The notes under the pieces were generated by a model. That model did no database searches. It worked only from the letters and a program-made list of their open reading frames with translations, and was not told where the DNA came from. Source: an uncultured Verrucomicrobiae bacterium (GTDB taxonomy: Bacteria > Verrucomicrobiota > Verrucomicrobiia > Chthoniobacterales > Chthoniobacteraceae). From it: a stretch of 64,000 bases of DNA. The DNA is taken from NCBI GenBank assembly GCA_963769025.1, contig CAVYKI010000009.1, positions 128,001 to 192,000 on the forward strand, written 5' to 3'. Numbering within the stretch: the first letter of the stretch is position 1; every line of letters begins with the position of its first letter. Made by a program: the position numbers and the translations under genes. This document shows, one piece after another, positions 1 through 9,087 of the stretch.

Positions 1-340
1 GGTCGCAGCCCGCGTCTTCGAGCGCGTGCCACGCGGTTTCCATGAAGACACGCTGCTGAGGATCGATCGCCTCCGCTTCCCGCGGCTGAATGCCGAAGAA
101 GGCGGCGTCGAACCATTCCGGGCGGTCAATGACGCCGCGGGCGGGCACAAAGCCGGGATCGGTGCGCAGTGCCGCGGGATCGTATCCAGCCGCCGCGAGT
201 TCCTCGTCGGTAAAACGCGTGATCCCGTCGTAGCCTGCGATGAGATTGCGCCAGAACGAGGGCACGTCTTGCGCGCCGGGAAACCGCCCGGCGAGACCGA
301 CGACGGCGATGCCTTCGGTTATGGATTCAGTGGCGGACAT
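1..340 (-). CDS. Type I polyketide synthase, N-terminal KS fragment (runs off window edge)
   Basis: Manual minus-strand translation from ATG at 340: [33 protein letters not shown]...[37 protein letters not shown], a canonical KS N-terminus. Not in the ORF track because it has no stop. Confidence 0.93.
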   Translation of the reverse strand, partial: MSATESITEGIAVVGLAGRFPGAQDVPSFWRNLIAGYDGITRFTDEELAAAGYDPAALRTDPGFVPARGVIDRPEWFDAAFFGIQPREAEAIDPQQRVFMETAWHALEDAGCD

Positions 341-391
341 TCTCTGGAGCCTGTCTAGCCGGGATTGTGCCAGCGGGCTGGGCGGCGTTTT

Positions 392-3300
392 TCATCGGGG
401 TTTCAATTCCGGGGATTTTCGCGGGGCGAGCGCTTGTCGCTGGCGTTCGGCGCGGAGCCTGGCCTTGTCGGCGACAGGCGATGTCGGGGCGTCAGTCGAA
501 AGGTGCTGTCCCAGCGTTCTGGGCGTCGGATTCTGAAAAAGGCTCAGCAGCGAAATTTCACGGCCAAGCCGGCGGCAGAGTTCGCGGTGGACTTGGATGA
601 GGAGCAGCGAATGGCCGCCCAATTCAAAAAAGCTGTCGTCGGGAGCGACTTGATCGAATCCGAGAACCTGCTGCCAGACAGCGACCACGCAGTCCTGCAA
701 CTGATCCGCGCGCAGGGGAGGTTGGGGCGTGCCGGAAAGTTCTGCCGGCACTGTGGGCAAGACATTCTGTTCTCCCATTTCACGGACCCTGGCGTCTGCT
801 GCCGGGCCGGACTCGCGGATTCCACTGTCGAGATCCGTCGGACTGACGACGAGTTGCGGCAGGTTCGAGGCGAGCGCCCGCCGAAAAGCTTCCAGCCCGT
901 CGTCGGTCGAAATCGCCTTCCTCAGCGCATCCTCTTTCCACTGCTGCATCCCCGGCGCCGTGATCATCTCGGCAAGGATGCCAACCTCGCGCCAGCCGGG
1001 CCAGTTGATCGTGAGCGTGTGCGGGCCGCCGCTCTCGCGGTTGGCGAAATGGCTGAACGCGTCGAGATACGCATTGGCGGCGCTGTAATCAATTTGTCCG
1101 GCCGGCCCGAGCACCGAGGCGGTCGATGAGAAAAGCACGAGGAAGTCCGAGCCCGCAGCCTTCGCGAGTTGATGCAGGATCTCGCATCCCTTGACCTTGG
1201 GCGCCATGACGAGATCCGCAACCTCTCGGGCCTTCCCGGCGATGAGTCCATCGTGGATGACGCCTGCGGCGTGGATGACGCCGTGGACGGCACCATGGCG
1301 ACGCGAGGTTTCCTCGAACACCCGCTGCATTTGCTCCCGATCCGAAACGTCAGCAACGAACACGTCCACTTCGGAGCCCATGCTTTCGAGTTCGAGCAGT
1401 TGCCGGAAGATTCTTGCAGACGCTTCAGGGGCATCCTTTGCATTCGCGAGGTCCACCCACTTCGACCGCTCTGGAAATGCCGATTTCTTCGTGAGCACGA
1501 GCCTGGCCTGGCATGTCTTCGCGAGATATTTGGCAATCTCCATTCCGATTCCCCCGGTCCCTCCGGTGATCACGTAAACCCCGCGCGGGCGCAGTCGCCC
1601 GGAACCCGGCTGATTCCCTGAAGCCGGACCCAGACTCCCGCCTGTCAGCGGCACCTTGTCGAATTTCCTTCTCCACCGGTGGGGCCCCCGGAAGGCGATG
1701 ACTTCTCCGCAGACCGGCTTGTCAAACTCGGACAGAATCCTGTGAAAGAGGTCATCCGGCAGGTCCCCCGTCACTTGTTCATCCGCCAAATCGACATTGA
1801 AGCAGGTGACATTTGGAAACTCTTTTGGGATCACGTTGCACGGCCCCAAGGCCGTGGCCTTCTGCGGATTCAGGTTTTCGCTCCCGGTGACTTCGTGAAT
1901 CTGACTGGAGATGATGCCCAACGTCACCGGGATGGAAATGCCCAGTCCGGCGATGGCCTGGGTGATGAACAGCAGGCTGAAGAATCCGAGATTTTGATCG
2001 TGCTCGTCGCGCGGCCCGGCGACGCATCCAAGATGAACGACGCGGATCGCCGCGGGGCGCTGGCCTTGGATCTCACGGAACACCTCAAGATAATCGTCCA
2101 GGCTGCCCGGATCGATCTCGAAGGAACCATCGGCCCGACGCTCAAAGCGCTGGCCCAAGCACGCGAGGCGGACTGTTGCACGCGTTGCTTCGAGGCATTT
2201 TTGCAGGCCGGCGGCAGGCTCCGGGCGAGGCGAGAGGATCAGCCACATTACACCCCGAGAATCCGCAGGCTGCTGGAAGTCCACGGGAAAAACCGTCCTT
2301 TCCCAAGAGGGGACGTGGAACCAATGGCTGATGTCCTGCGAGGCCGGCGCTGCCGCTTTCGGGGAAGGTTCGGATAGAGGTGAATTCGTCGCGGGGCCGA
2401 TCCAGAAATTTTGCCGTTCAAACGGGTACGTGGGCAGGGAAACTTTCCTGCGCTGGCGATCGGCGTGCAGCTTTTCCCAGCGAATCTCCGCGCCGGCCAG
2501 CCATAGTCTCCCAACCGCATTCAACAGCACCGCCGGGTCGGGCTGGCTCTCGTAGTGGTGCCGCAGCGATGCGATGGCCAGCAAGGATTGAGCGCCCTGC
2601 TTGTCGGGATGTTGGTTCGCCAGGACTCCCAGCGTCTTCCCGGGGCCTGCTTCCAAAAGGAGAGGCGCATCCATTTGCCAGAGGGTGCGAAGGGCGTCGT
2701 TGAATCGCGCGGTGTGATTCAGGTGCCGCGCCCAATAGGCGGGATCGGTAGCGTCGGCGTCGCGAATCCAGCTCCCGGTGACATTGGAAATGAAGGGAAA
2801 CTTCGGGCGGCTCAGGCGCACTTTCCGCACCTCTGCCTCAAACGCGCCGACGACCGGGTCCATGAGTCGCGAATGAAAGGCATGCGTGTTTTGCACCGGG
2901 CGGAAAATCACGTCCCGCGCGGCAAGCGTCCGCGAAAACTCCTCCACGGCGGCGGGCGGGCCCGCCACGACGCACAGGCCGGGGCCGTTGATGAGCGCGA
3001 TGGAAAGTTCGCCCGACAGCAGCGGCAGGAGTTCGGTTTCCGGCAGTGTCACCGCAAGCATCCTTGCAGTCGGCAGCGACGCGACGAGCTGGGTGCGTAT
3101 CACGGTGAGCCGCAGCGCATCCTCGATGGAAAACACGCCGGCGAGACACGCGGCGACATACTCGCCCATGCTGTGCCCGACGATGGCCTGCGGCTCGGCG
3201 GCGAGGTCGATCCAAAGTTTTGCGAGCGCATATTCGATGGTGAACAGCGCGGGCTGGAGATTCGTGATCTCATTCAGCCGCCTGGTGTCATCGTCATCCG

Positions 3301-5098
3301 CGGGCTGCGTGTTGCCCTCAAGCATCTTCCTCAGATCAATGCCCTGCGAAGCCGGTGTCCTGTCCCAATCACGGTGTTTCGGCCACAGGATGTCGCGGAT
3401 GTCGTGTCCGAGCAGCGGACGCAAAATATCCGCGCAGCGATCCACCTCCGAGCGGAACGCCGGGAATGCGGCGTAAAGTTCGCGCCCCATGCCGACGTAG
3501 TGATCGCCGACGCCCGGCAGCAGCAGCACGAGCGGGCGTTTCGCGCCGTCCGTCTCTGCAATGGCAAGCCGTGCGGGTTTGGCAGTGAGTGCCATGAGTG
3601 CTGCGGCGTGATCGCGGGCGACGATGAAGCGCCGGTGCCGCATCGCGCGGCGTCCCGTCTGCAACGTAAACGCGGCGTCGCCCAGGTTTGCCGATGGATT
3701 TGCCTCCAGGTGCGCGCGCAGATTTTCCGCCGACTGGGCGAGGGCGGCTGCAGTGTTTGCGGAGAGAACGAGCAGGCTTGGGCCATCCGTTTCATCATGC
3801 GGTGCGGCCTGCGGTGCTTCCTCGATGACGATGTGCGCGTTTGTGCCACCCATGCCGGTCGCCATGACGCCTGCCCGGCGCGGGCCGTCGGCTTTCCACT
3901 CGGCGAGCCGTGTGTTCACAAAGAATGGTGTCGCCGCGAAATCAATTTCCGGATTCGGCCGCGAATAGTTCAGGCTTGCGGGAATCTGCCGGTGCTGAAG
4001 CGCGAGGACGGTCTTGATCAATCCGGCCATGCCAGCCGCCGCATCGAGATGGCCGACATTCGTCTTCACGGAGCCGATCGCGCAAAAGCCCGAGCGCTGC
4101 GTCGAGGAGCGGAACGCCTTCGTAAGCGCCCGCACTTCGATGGGATCACCGACGGGCGTGCCGGAGCCGTGCGCTTCGATGTAGCCGATGCTCTCCGCAT
4201 CCACGTCGGCATTTGCCAGCGCCTCGATGATGGCTTCCGCCTGGCCGTTTACGGTCGGTGCCGTGTAGCCGGCCTTTTCCGCGCCATCGTTGTTGATGGC
4301 GGAGCCCTTGATGATTGCCCGGATGGTGTCGCCGTCGGCGATGGCATCGCGCAGGCGCTTGAGCACCACCACGCCGCCGCCGCTGCCGAAGACCGTGCCG
4401 TTTGCGTCGGCATCGAACGCACGCACATGCCCGTCGGGCGAGGTCACGCCGCCGGGGTCGGAAAAATATCCCGCACGGTGAGGGACGCGGACTGAGATCG
4501 CTCCCGCCAGGGCGATGTCGGTCTCTTCGCTGAGCAGGCTTTGCCGCGCGAGATGCACGGCGACGAGGGATGTGGAGCACGCGGTCTGCACGGTGATGCT
4601 CGGGCCCTTCAGATCGAGTTTGTAGGAGATGCGCGTGCTGAGGAAATCCTTGTCGTTGAAGATGAGCGTCGGGATGTAGTCCTCGGCAAAATTCCGGTTC
4701 AGCCCGGCGTGCATGAAGTACGTGTTCATCGCCGCACCGGCGAAGACACCGATGCGTCCCGGAAAACGCGAGGGGTCGCAGCCAGAGTCGCCGAGCGCTT
4801 CGTGCGCCACTTCCAGCAGGATGCGGTGCTGCGGATCCATCGTCCGCGCCTCGCCCGGTGTGAATCCGAAAAATGCCGCGTCAAATGCGCCGGGTTCGTC
4901 GAGCACCGGTGCGGCCTTCACGTAATTGGGCGCGGTGAGATGCGACTTCGGTGCGCCGGATTGCAGGATGTCGTCGTCGGAAAGCTGTGTGATGGATTCC
5001 ACCCCGGCGGCGAGGTTGCGCCAGAATTCCTCTGCGTTCCGCGCGCCGGGGAAACGGCAGGCGAGACCGATGATCGCGATGTCCAGTTCGTCGCTCAT
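392..5098 (-). CDS. Type I PKS module KS-AT-KR-ACP (1568 aa)
   Basis: KS triad VQTACSTS / EAHGSGT / NVGHLDAAAG; AT GHSMGEY and HAFHS; KR GGTGGIG, HAAGVIHDG, YSAANAYLD; carrier FFELGGHSLL. Confidence 0.97.
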   Translation of the reverse strand: MSDELDIAIIGLACRFPGARNAEEFWRNLAAGVESITQLSDDDILQSGAPKSHLTAPNYVKAAPVLDEPGAFDAAFFGFTPGEARTMDPQHRILLEVAHEALGDSGCDPSRFPGRIGVFAGAAMNTYFMHAGLNRNFAEDYIPTLIFNDKDFLSTRISYKLDLKGPSITVQTACSTSLVAVHLARQSLLSEETDIALAGAISVRVPHRAGYFSDPGGVTSPDGHVRAFDADANGTVFGSGGGVVVLKRLRDAIADGDTIRAIIKGSAINNDGAEKAGYTAPTVNGQAEAIIEALANADVDAESIGYIEAHGSGTPVGDPIEVRALTKAFRSSTQRSGFCAIGSVKTNVGHLDAAAGMAGLIKTVLALQHRQIPASLNYSRPNPEIDFAATPFFVNTRLAEWKADGPRRAGVMATGMGGTNAHIVIEEAPQAAPHDETDGPSLLVLSANTAAALAQSAENLRAHLEANPSANLGDAAFTLQTGRRAMRHRRFIVARDHAAALMALTAKPARLAIAETDGAKRPLVLLLPGVGDHYVGMGRELYAAFPAFRSEVDRCADILRPLLGHDIRDILWPKHRDWDRTPASQGIDLRKMLEGNTQPADDDDTRRLNEITNLQPALFTIEYALAKLWIDLAAEPQAIVGHSMGEYVAACLAGVFSIEDALRLTVIRTQLVASLPTARMLAVTLPETELLPLLSGELSIALINGPGLCVVAGPPAAVEEFSRTLAARDVIFRPVQNTHAFHSRLMDPVVGAFEAEVRKVRLSRPKFPFISNVTGSWIRDADATDPAYWARHLNHTARFNDALRTLWQMDAPLLLEAGPGKTLGVLANQHPDKQGAQSLLAIASLRHHYESQPDPAVLLNAVGRLWLAGAEIRWEKLHADRQRRKVSLPTYPFERQNFWIGPATNSPLSEPSPKAAAPASQDISHWFHVPSWERTVFPVDFQQPADSRGVMWLILSPRPEPAAGLQKCLEATRATVRLACLGQRFERRADGSFEIDPGSLDDYLEVFREIQGQRPAAIRVVHLGCVAGPRDEHDQNLGFFSLLFITQAIAGLGISIPVTLGIISSQIHEVTGSENLNPQKATALGPCNVIPKEFPNVTCFNVDLADEQVTGDLPDDLFHRILSEFDKPVCGEVIAFRGPHRWRRKFDKVPLTGGSLGPASGNQPGSGRLRPRGVYVITGGTGGIGMEIAKYLAKTCQARLVLTKKSAFPERSKWVDLANAKDAPEASARIFRQLLELESMGSEVDVFVADVSDREQMQRVFEETSRRHGAVHGVIHAAGVIHDGLIAGKAREVADLVMAPKVKGCEILHQLAKAAGSDFLVLFSSTASVLGPAGQIDYSAANAYLDAFSHFANRESGGPHTLTINWPGWREVGILAEMITAPGMQQWKEDALRKAISTDDGLEAFRRALASNLPQLVVSPTDLDSGIRESGPAADARVREMGEQNVLPTVPAELSGTPQPPLRADQLQDCVVAVWQQVLGFDQVAPDDSFFELGGHSLLLIQVHRELCRRLGREISLLSLFQNPTPRTLGQHLSTDAPTSPVADKARLRAERQRQALAPRKSPELKPR

Positions 5099-5132
5099 CG
5101 GCGGATCCCTCGTGTGAATGTTTCTCGCGCGA

Positions 5133-6758
5133 TCATTTCTTCACAAGCTCGGGTTCAGGCAGCGCGTTGCGATCCGCCTTGCCGGTGGCGGTCAGCGGGA
5201 TTTCGGCGATGCGCTCGAAATGACTCGGGACCATGTAGTCCGGCAGCAGGCTCTTGAGGTGATTCTTCAACACGGCAAAATCAATCGCCGTCCTCTCGAC
5301 CACATAGGCGACGATGAGGACGACGCTTTCCGAGTAGCGCTTCACCGTGACGACGCAATCAGCCACTCCGGGAAATTCACGGATCGTGTTTTCGACCTCG
5401 CCGAGTTCGATCCGGAGGCCGCGGATTTTTACCTGGTGATCCTCGCGGCCAAGGTACTCGACATTGCCATCCGCCAGCCAGCGGGCGACGTCGCCGGTGC
5501 GGTAGATTCTCTCACCTGGGCACACCGGATTGTCGGTGAATTTCCCGGCGGTCAGCGCGGGGTTGTTCAGATAGCCGCGCGCCAGCCCGACTCCCGCGAT
5601 GCAGAGTTCGCCGGGTTCGCCGATCGGCGCGGCGTGTCCGTCCTTGATGACATGCAGCCGCGTGTTGTGGATGGGTCGTCCGATGGGAATCCGGTCGAAG
5701 TCATTGTCGGCAGGGCAGTCGAAATAGGTCACGTCCACCGTGGCCTCGGTGGGTCCGTAGAGGTTCGTCAATTGCGTGCCGCACTTGCTTCCGAGGAGTT
5801 CGTTGAACTTCCGGACGTGCGCAGGCATGAGCGCCTCACCGCTGGCAAAAGCGCGGCGCAGCGAAGCGAGGCCGGTGAAGGTCGCGGCGTCGCGTCCGTC
5901 GAGGTATTCGAGGAAGACATTGAGCATCGAGGGCACGAAATGCACGACGCTCACGCGCTGGCGGCGGATCGTGTCGAGCAGGAGCATCGGAACTTTTTCC
6001 CCGCCCGGGCGGAGGAAGCAAAGCTTCGCGCCGGTCATGGCCCACCAGAAAAGTTCCCACACGGAGACGTCGAAATAGTACGGTGTCTTTTGCAGGAGGA
6101 CGTCGTCCGGGCCGATCGGGTAAGCCGACTGCATCCAGTGGAGGCGGTTCACCACTGAGCGGTGTTCGACCATCACGCCTTTCGGCCGGCCTGTGGAGCC
6201 CGAGGTGTAGATGACGTAGGCGAGGTCGGCGGGCTCGTTGACGACGGGCGGATTTTCCTCCGGCCCGGCGCAAGTGTCCGGGTTTTCGAGGTTGATGATT
6301 TTTCCGTCGAACGAGACGAGGCCCGCGGTTTTCTGCTGAGTGAGGAGGACACGGACTCCGGCATCCTGAAGAATGTAGCGGATGCGTTCGGGCGGATTGT
6401 CCGGCGCGATGGGGAGGTAGGCGCCGCCGGCTTTGAGGATGCCGAGCAGGCCGATCATCATGGAAAAGGAACGCTCGACGAGGAGGCCGACGATGCTGCC
6501 TGGGCCGACGCCAGACGCCCGCAGCAAATGTGCGACTTGATTCGCCTTCGCGTTGAGCTGCGCATACGTGAGCGAGGGCGTCCCGAAGGTGTTGTCGTGC
6601 TCGCAAATCACCGCGGTGGCGGACCCGCACCGGACGACTTGCGCCTCGATCAGCGCTTGCAGCGTGACCTGATCCGGGAATGGCGTATCGGTCTGATTGA
6701 ACCGCTCGATCCGGTCGTGATCAGTGGGTTCCGCTGCGATGTTCGTTGCGTGTGGCAT
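5133..6758 (-). CDS. Stand-alone NRPS adenylation domain, predicted L-serine specific (ZmaJ-like)
   Basis: Core motifs YTSGSTGRPKG, FDVSVWE, NLYGPTE, YRTGD, GKADR; no C or PCP domain. Specificity residues read by eye as DVWHFSLVDK, the classical Ser code. Confidence 0.9.
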   Translation of the reverse strand: MPHATNIAAEPTDHDRIERFNQTDTPFPDQVTLQALIEAQVVRCGSATAVICEHDNTFGTPSLTYAQLNAKANQVAHLLRASGVGPGSIVGLLVERSFSMMIGLLGILKAGGAYLPIAPDNPPERIRYILQDAGVRVLLTQQKTAGLVSFDGKIINLENPDTCAGPEENPPVVNEPADLAYVIYTSGSTGRPKGVMVEHRSVVNRLHWMQSAYPIGPDDVLLQKTPYYFDVSVWELFWWAMTGAKLCFLRPGGEKVPMLLLDTIRRQRVSVVHFVPSMLNVFLEYLDGRDAATFTGLASLRRAFASGEALMPAHVRKFNELLGSKCGTQLTNLYGPTEATVDVTYFDCPADNDFDRIPIGRPIHNTRLHVIKDGHAAPIGEPGELCIAGVGLARGYLNNPALTAGKFTDNPVCPGERIYRTGDVARWLADGNVEYLGREDHQVKIRGLRIELGEVENTIREFPGVADCVVTVKRYSESVVLIVAYVVERTAIDFAVLKNHLKSLLPDYMVPSHFERIAEIPLTATGKADRNALPEPELVKK

Positions 6759-6778
6759 GGGCGTGCGACGGCGACGGG

Positions 6779-7930
6779 TCAGCTTGACGATTTCGGTGCG
6801 GCCTCGATGAACGTCCGGCCGAGGAGTTCCTCGTGGATTTGCGTGGTGCCCTCGATGATTTCGAGAATCTTCGCGTCGCGATAGTAGCGGGAAACGGGCG
6901 CATTTTCATGGCAGCCCGCAGCGCCCCAGATCTGGACGGCGTCGGAGGCGGCCTGGACGGCTGCGCGCGAGGAGAAATACTTTGCCATGAGCGTCTCCGT
7001 GAACGCCTCGGGAAGACGCTCGTCGGTGGCGCGGCACGCGGCGAGGCAGAGCAGCCCGGCGGCGTGCAGATCGGTGCCCATGCGCGCGAGCATCGAGCGG
7101 ATCCTCCCGAAATCTCCGACTGTGCCGCCGCCGACCTTGCGTGCGGCGGCGCGGGCGGTTGATTCTTCAAAACATCCACGGAGCAATCCGAGCGCGGAAC
7201 AAGCGGTGCTGATGCGCCCGTATTGCAGGCCGACGGGGGCGATGTAGCTCAGGGCCACGCCGGGTTTGCCGAGTACGTTGGCGGCGGGAATTGCGACGTC
7301 GTCAAAATCCACACGTGCCAGACCGGCGGCACGATAGCCCAGCATGCCGGTGATGGGCTCAATTTTCAAACCAGCGGAATCCCGCGGAACGAGACACGCG
7401 AGAGGCAGCGAACCTGCGTAGCCAATCACGAGAAAAAGGCCCGCACTTTGGCCATACGAAATCCATGTCTTCTGTCCGCTGAGGCGGAAGGTGCCGTCGC
7501 CGGATTCCGCGAATCGCGTCTGAAGCGCCTGGAGATCGCTGCCACCACCGGGCTCGGTGAGCGCGAACGCCCCGACGATTTCACCGCGCGCGAGCGGTGG
7601 CAGCCAGCGAGACTTCTGCTCGTCGCTGCCCCACTTGAGCAGCGTCATGGAGACCATCGCCTGCACGGTGAGGAGATCGGTGAGCGCGGCGCTCGCGCGA
7701 CCGAAGGCTTCGTTCAGCAGCCCGAAGGTGGCCGTGTCCCAGCCTTGCCCGCCGTATTTCACCGGCAGTGTGCTGCCGAGGTAGCCTGCGTCCGCGATGA
7801 GTTGCACGGTCGCCTCGGGAATTTTCTCCGCACGATCCCATTCCGCGGCAAACGGGGCAATGTGCCGCGCGGCGAATTCGCGGAACTCGCGCTGGCGTGC
7901 CTGTTGGGCCTCGGTGAGAAAACTGCGCAT
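6779..7930 (-). CDS. Acyl-CoA/acyl-ACP dehydrogenase (FkbI/ZmaI/ClbF-like)
   Basis: [38 protein letters not shown] motifs; lies in the PKS extender-unit cassette. Confidence 0.9.
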   Translation of the reverse strand: MRSFLTEAQQARQREFREFAARHIAPFAAEWDRAEKIPEATVQLIADAGYLGSTLPVKYGGQGWDTATFGLLNEAFGRASAALTDLLTVQAMVSMTLLKWGSDEQKSRWLPPLARGEIVGAFALTEPGGGSDLQALQTRFAESGDGTFRLSGQKTWISYGQSAGLFLVIGYAGSLPLACLVPRDSAGLKIEPITGMLGYRAAGLARVDFDDVAIPAANVLGKPGVALSYIAPVGLQYGRISTACSALGLLRGCFEESTARAAARKVGGGTVGDFGRIRSMLARMGTDLHAAGLLCLAACRATDERLPEAFTETLMAKYFSSRAAVQAASDAVQIWGAAGCHENAPVSRYYRDAKILEIIEGTTQIHEELLGRTFIEAAPKSSS

Positions 7931-7940
7931 CGCGTGGAGG

Positions 7941-8207
7941 TCAGACGGTGGCGGGATGGGCCTGCTTGCGGGCGACGAAATCCGCGGCTGCCTCGATGGA
8001 TTTGAAATTTGCGATCTCGAGATCGTCCGGCCCGACTTCGATGGCGAATGTCTTCTCGATGAAGGTCATCAACTGGACGGCGAACAGCGAGTTCACGATG
8101 CCGCTCTCGAAGAGGTTGTCGTCGTCCGCGAGGTCGGGGACGTGGATGGAGGCGAGGATGAATGCGCGGATTTTTTCGCGGATCGCTTTTTCGTCGGTGG
8201 TGTTCAT
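7941..8207 (-). CDS. Stand-alone acyl carrier protein (FkbJ/ZmaD/ZmaH-like)
   Basis: 88 aa acidic protein with LFESGIVNSLFAVQL (NSL phosphopantetheine motif typical of unusual-extender ACPs). Confidence 0.92.
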   Translation of the reverse strand: MNTTDEKAIREKIRAFILASIHVPDLADDDNLFESGIVNSLFAVQLMTFIEKTFAIEVGPDDLEIANFKSIEAAADFVARKQAHPATV

Positions 8208-8225
8208 GCGTTGTCTTTTGAAGTT

Positions 8226-9086
8226 CTATGTTTCCGGGTAGGTGTGAAATCCGCGGCCGGTCTTGCGTCCGAGGTGGCCCTGGGCGACGAGGTTTCGCAG
8301 CAGCGGGCACACGCGGAATTTCGGGTCTTTGAATTCATCGAAGAGCACGTCGAGCGAATTGGCCACGGTGTCGAGCCCGATGAGATCGGCGGTTTCGAGC
8401 GGCCCCATCTTGTGGCCGAAGCATTGCTTGAAAATCCTGTCGATGTTCTCCGCCGTGGACACGCCATCATGGAGGACGCATGCGGCCTCGTTCATGAAAA
8501 GGTGAGAGATCCGGTTTGAGACGAACCCCGGTGAGTCGTTCACGAGGATCGCCTGCTTGCCGAGTTGCGCGAAGAGCGCCTGAAGCTTCGCCACCGTGTC
8601 GTCGGAGGTCTGCGCGCCCCGGATGACCTCGACGGTCGGCATGAGATGCACCGGGTTCATCGCATGCAGCCCGATGACCTGCGCGGGCCTGCGCGTGAGC
8701 GCCGCGACGCGAGCGATCGGGATGCACGACGTGTTGACTCCGAAGCACGCGGCAGGCGGCATGAACGAATCGAGATGCTCGTAAATCGGGCGTTTGATTT
8801 CCCACTTCTCGGGGACGTTCTCGATGACGAACTCGCACGGCGCGAGGTCGCGAAGTTCGCAAGTGAATGTCATGCGCCGCCGTGCATCGTCACGCGACAC
8901 GCGTGGCAGCGTCTTTGCAAACATCGGTGCGAAGCGGATGTTTTTCAGGATCTCCGTCTCCGCCCTCCGCAATGCCGTGTCCGAGATGTCCACGATCACC
9001 ACGTTGAGGCCGTGCAGAATCAGATCGGTGACGACACCGGTCCCGATGGTCCCTGCGCCGACGACTCCGATGGTTGAAAATTTCAT
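8226..9086 (-). CDS. 3-hydroxyacyl-CoA/ACP dehydrogenase (FkbK/ZmaG/ClbD-like)
   Basis: MKFSTIGVVGAGTIG Rossmann motif, NTSCIPI, HAMNP, PGFVSNR, MGPLETADLIGLD, LGRKTGRGF. Start placed at ATG 9086, just after the upstream stop. Confidence 0.92.
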   Translation of the reverse strand: MKFSTIGVVGAGTIGTGVVTDLILHGLNVVIVDISDTALRRAETEILKNIRFAPMFAKTLPRVSRDDARRRMTFTCELRDLAPCEFVIENVPEKWEIKRPIYEHLDSFMPPAACFGVNTSCIPIARVAALTRRPAQVIGLHAMNPVHLMPTVEVIRGAQTSDDTVAKLQALFAQLGKQAILVNDSPGFVSNRISHLFMNEAACVLHDGVSTAENIDRIFKQCFGHKMGPLETADLIGLDTVANSLDVLFDEFKDPKFRVCPLLRNLVAQGHLGRKTGRGFHTYPET

Positions 9087-9087
9087 T

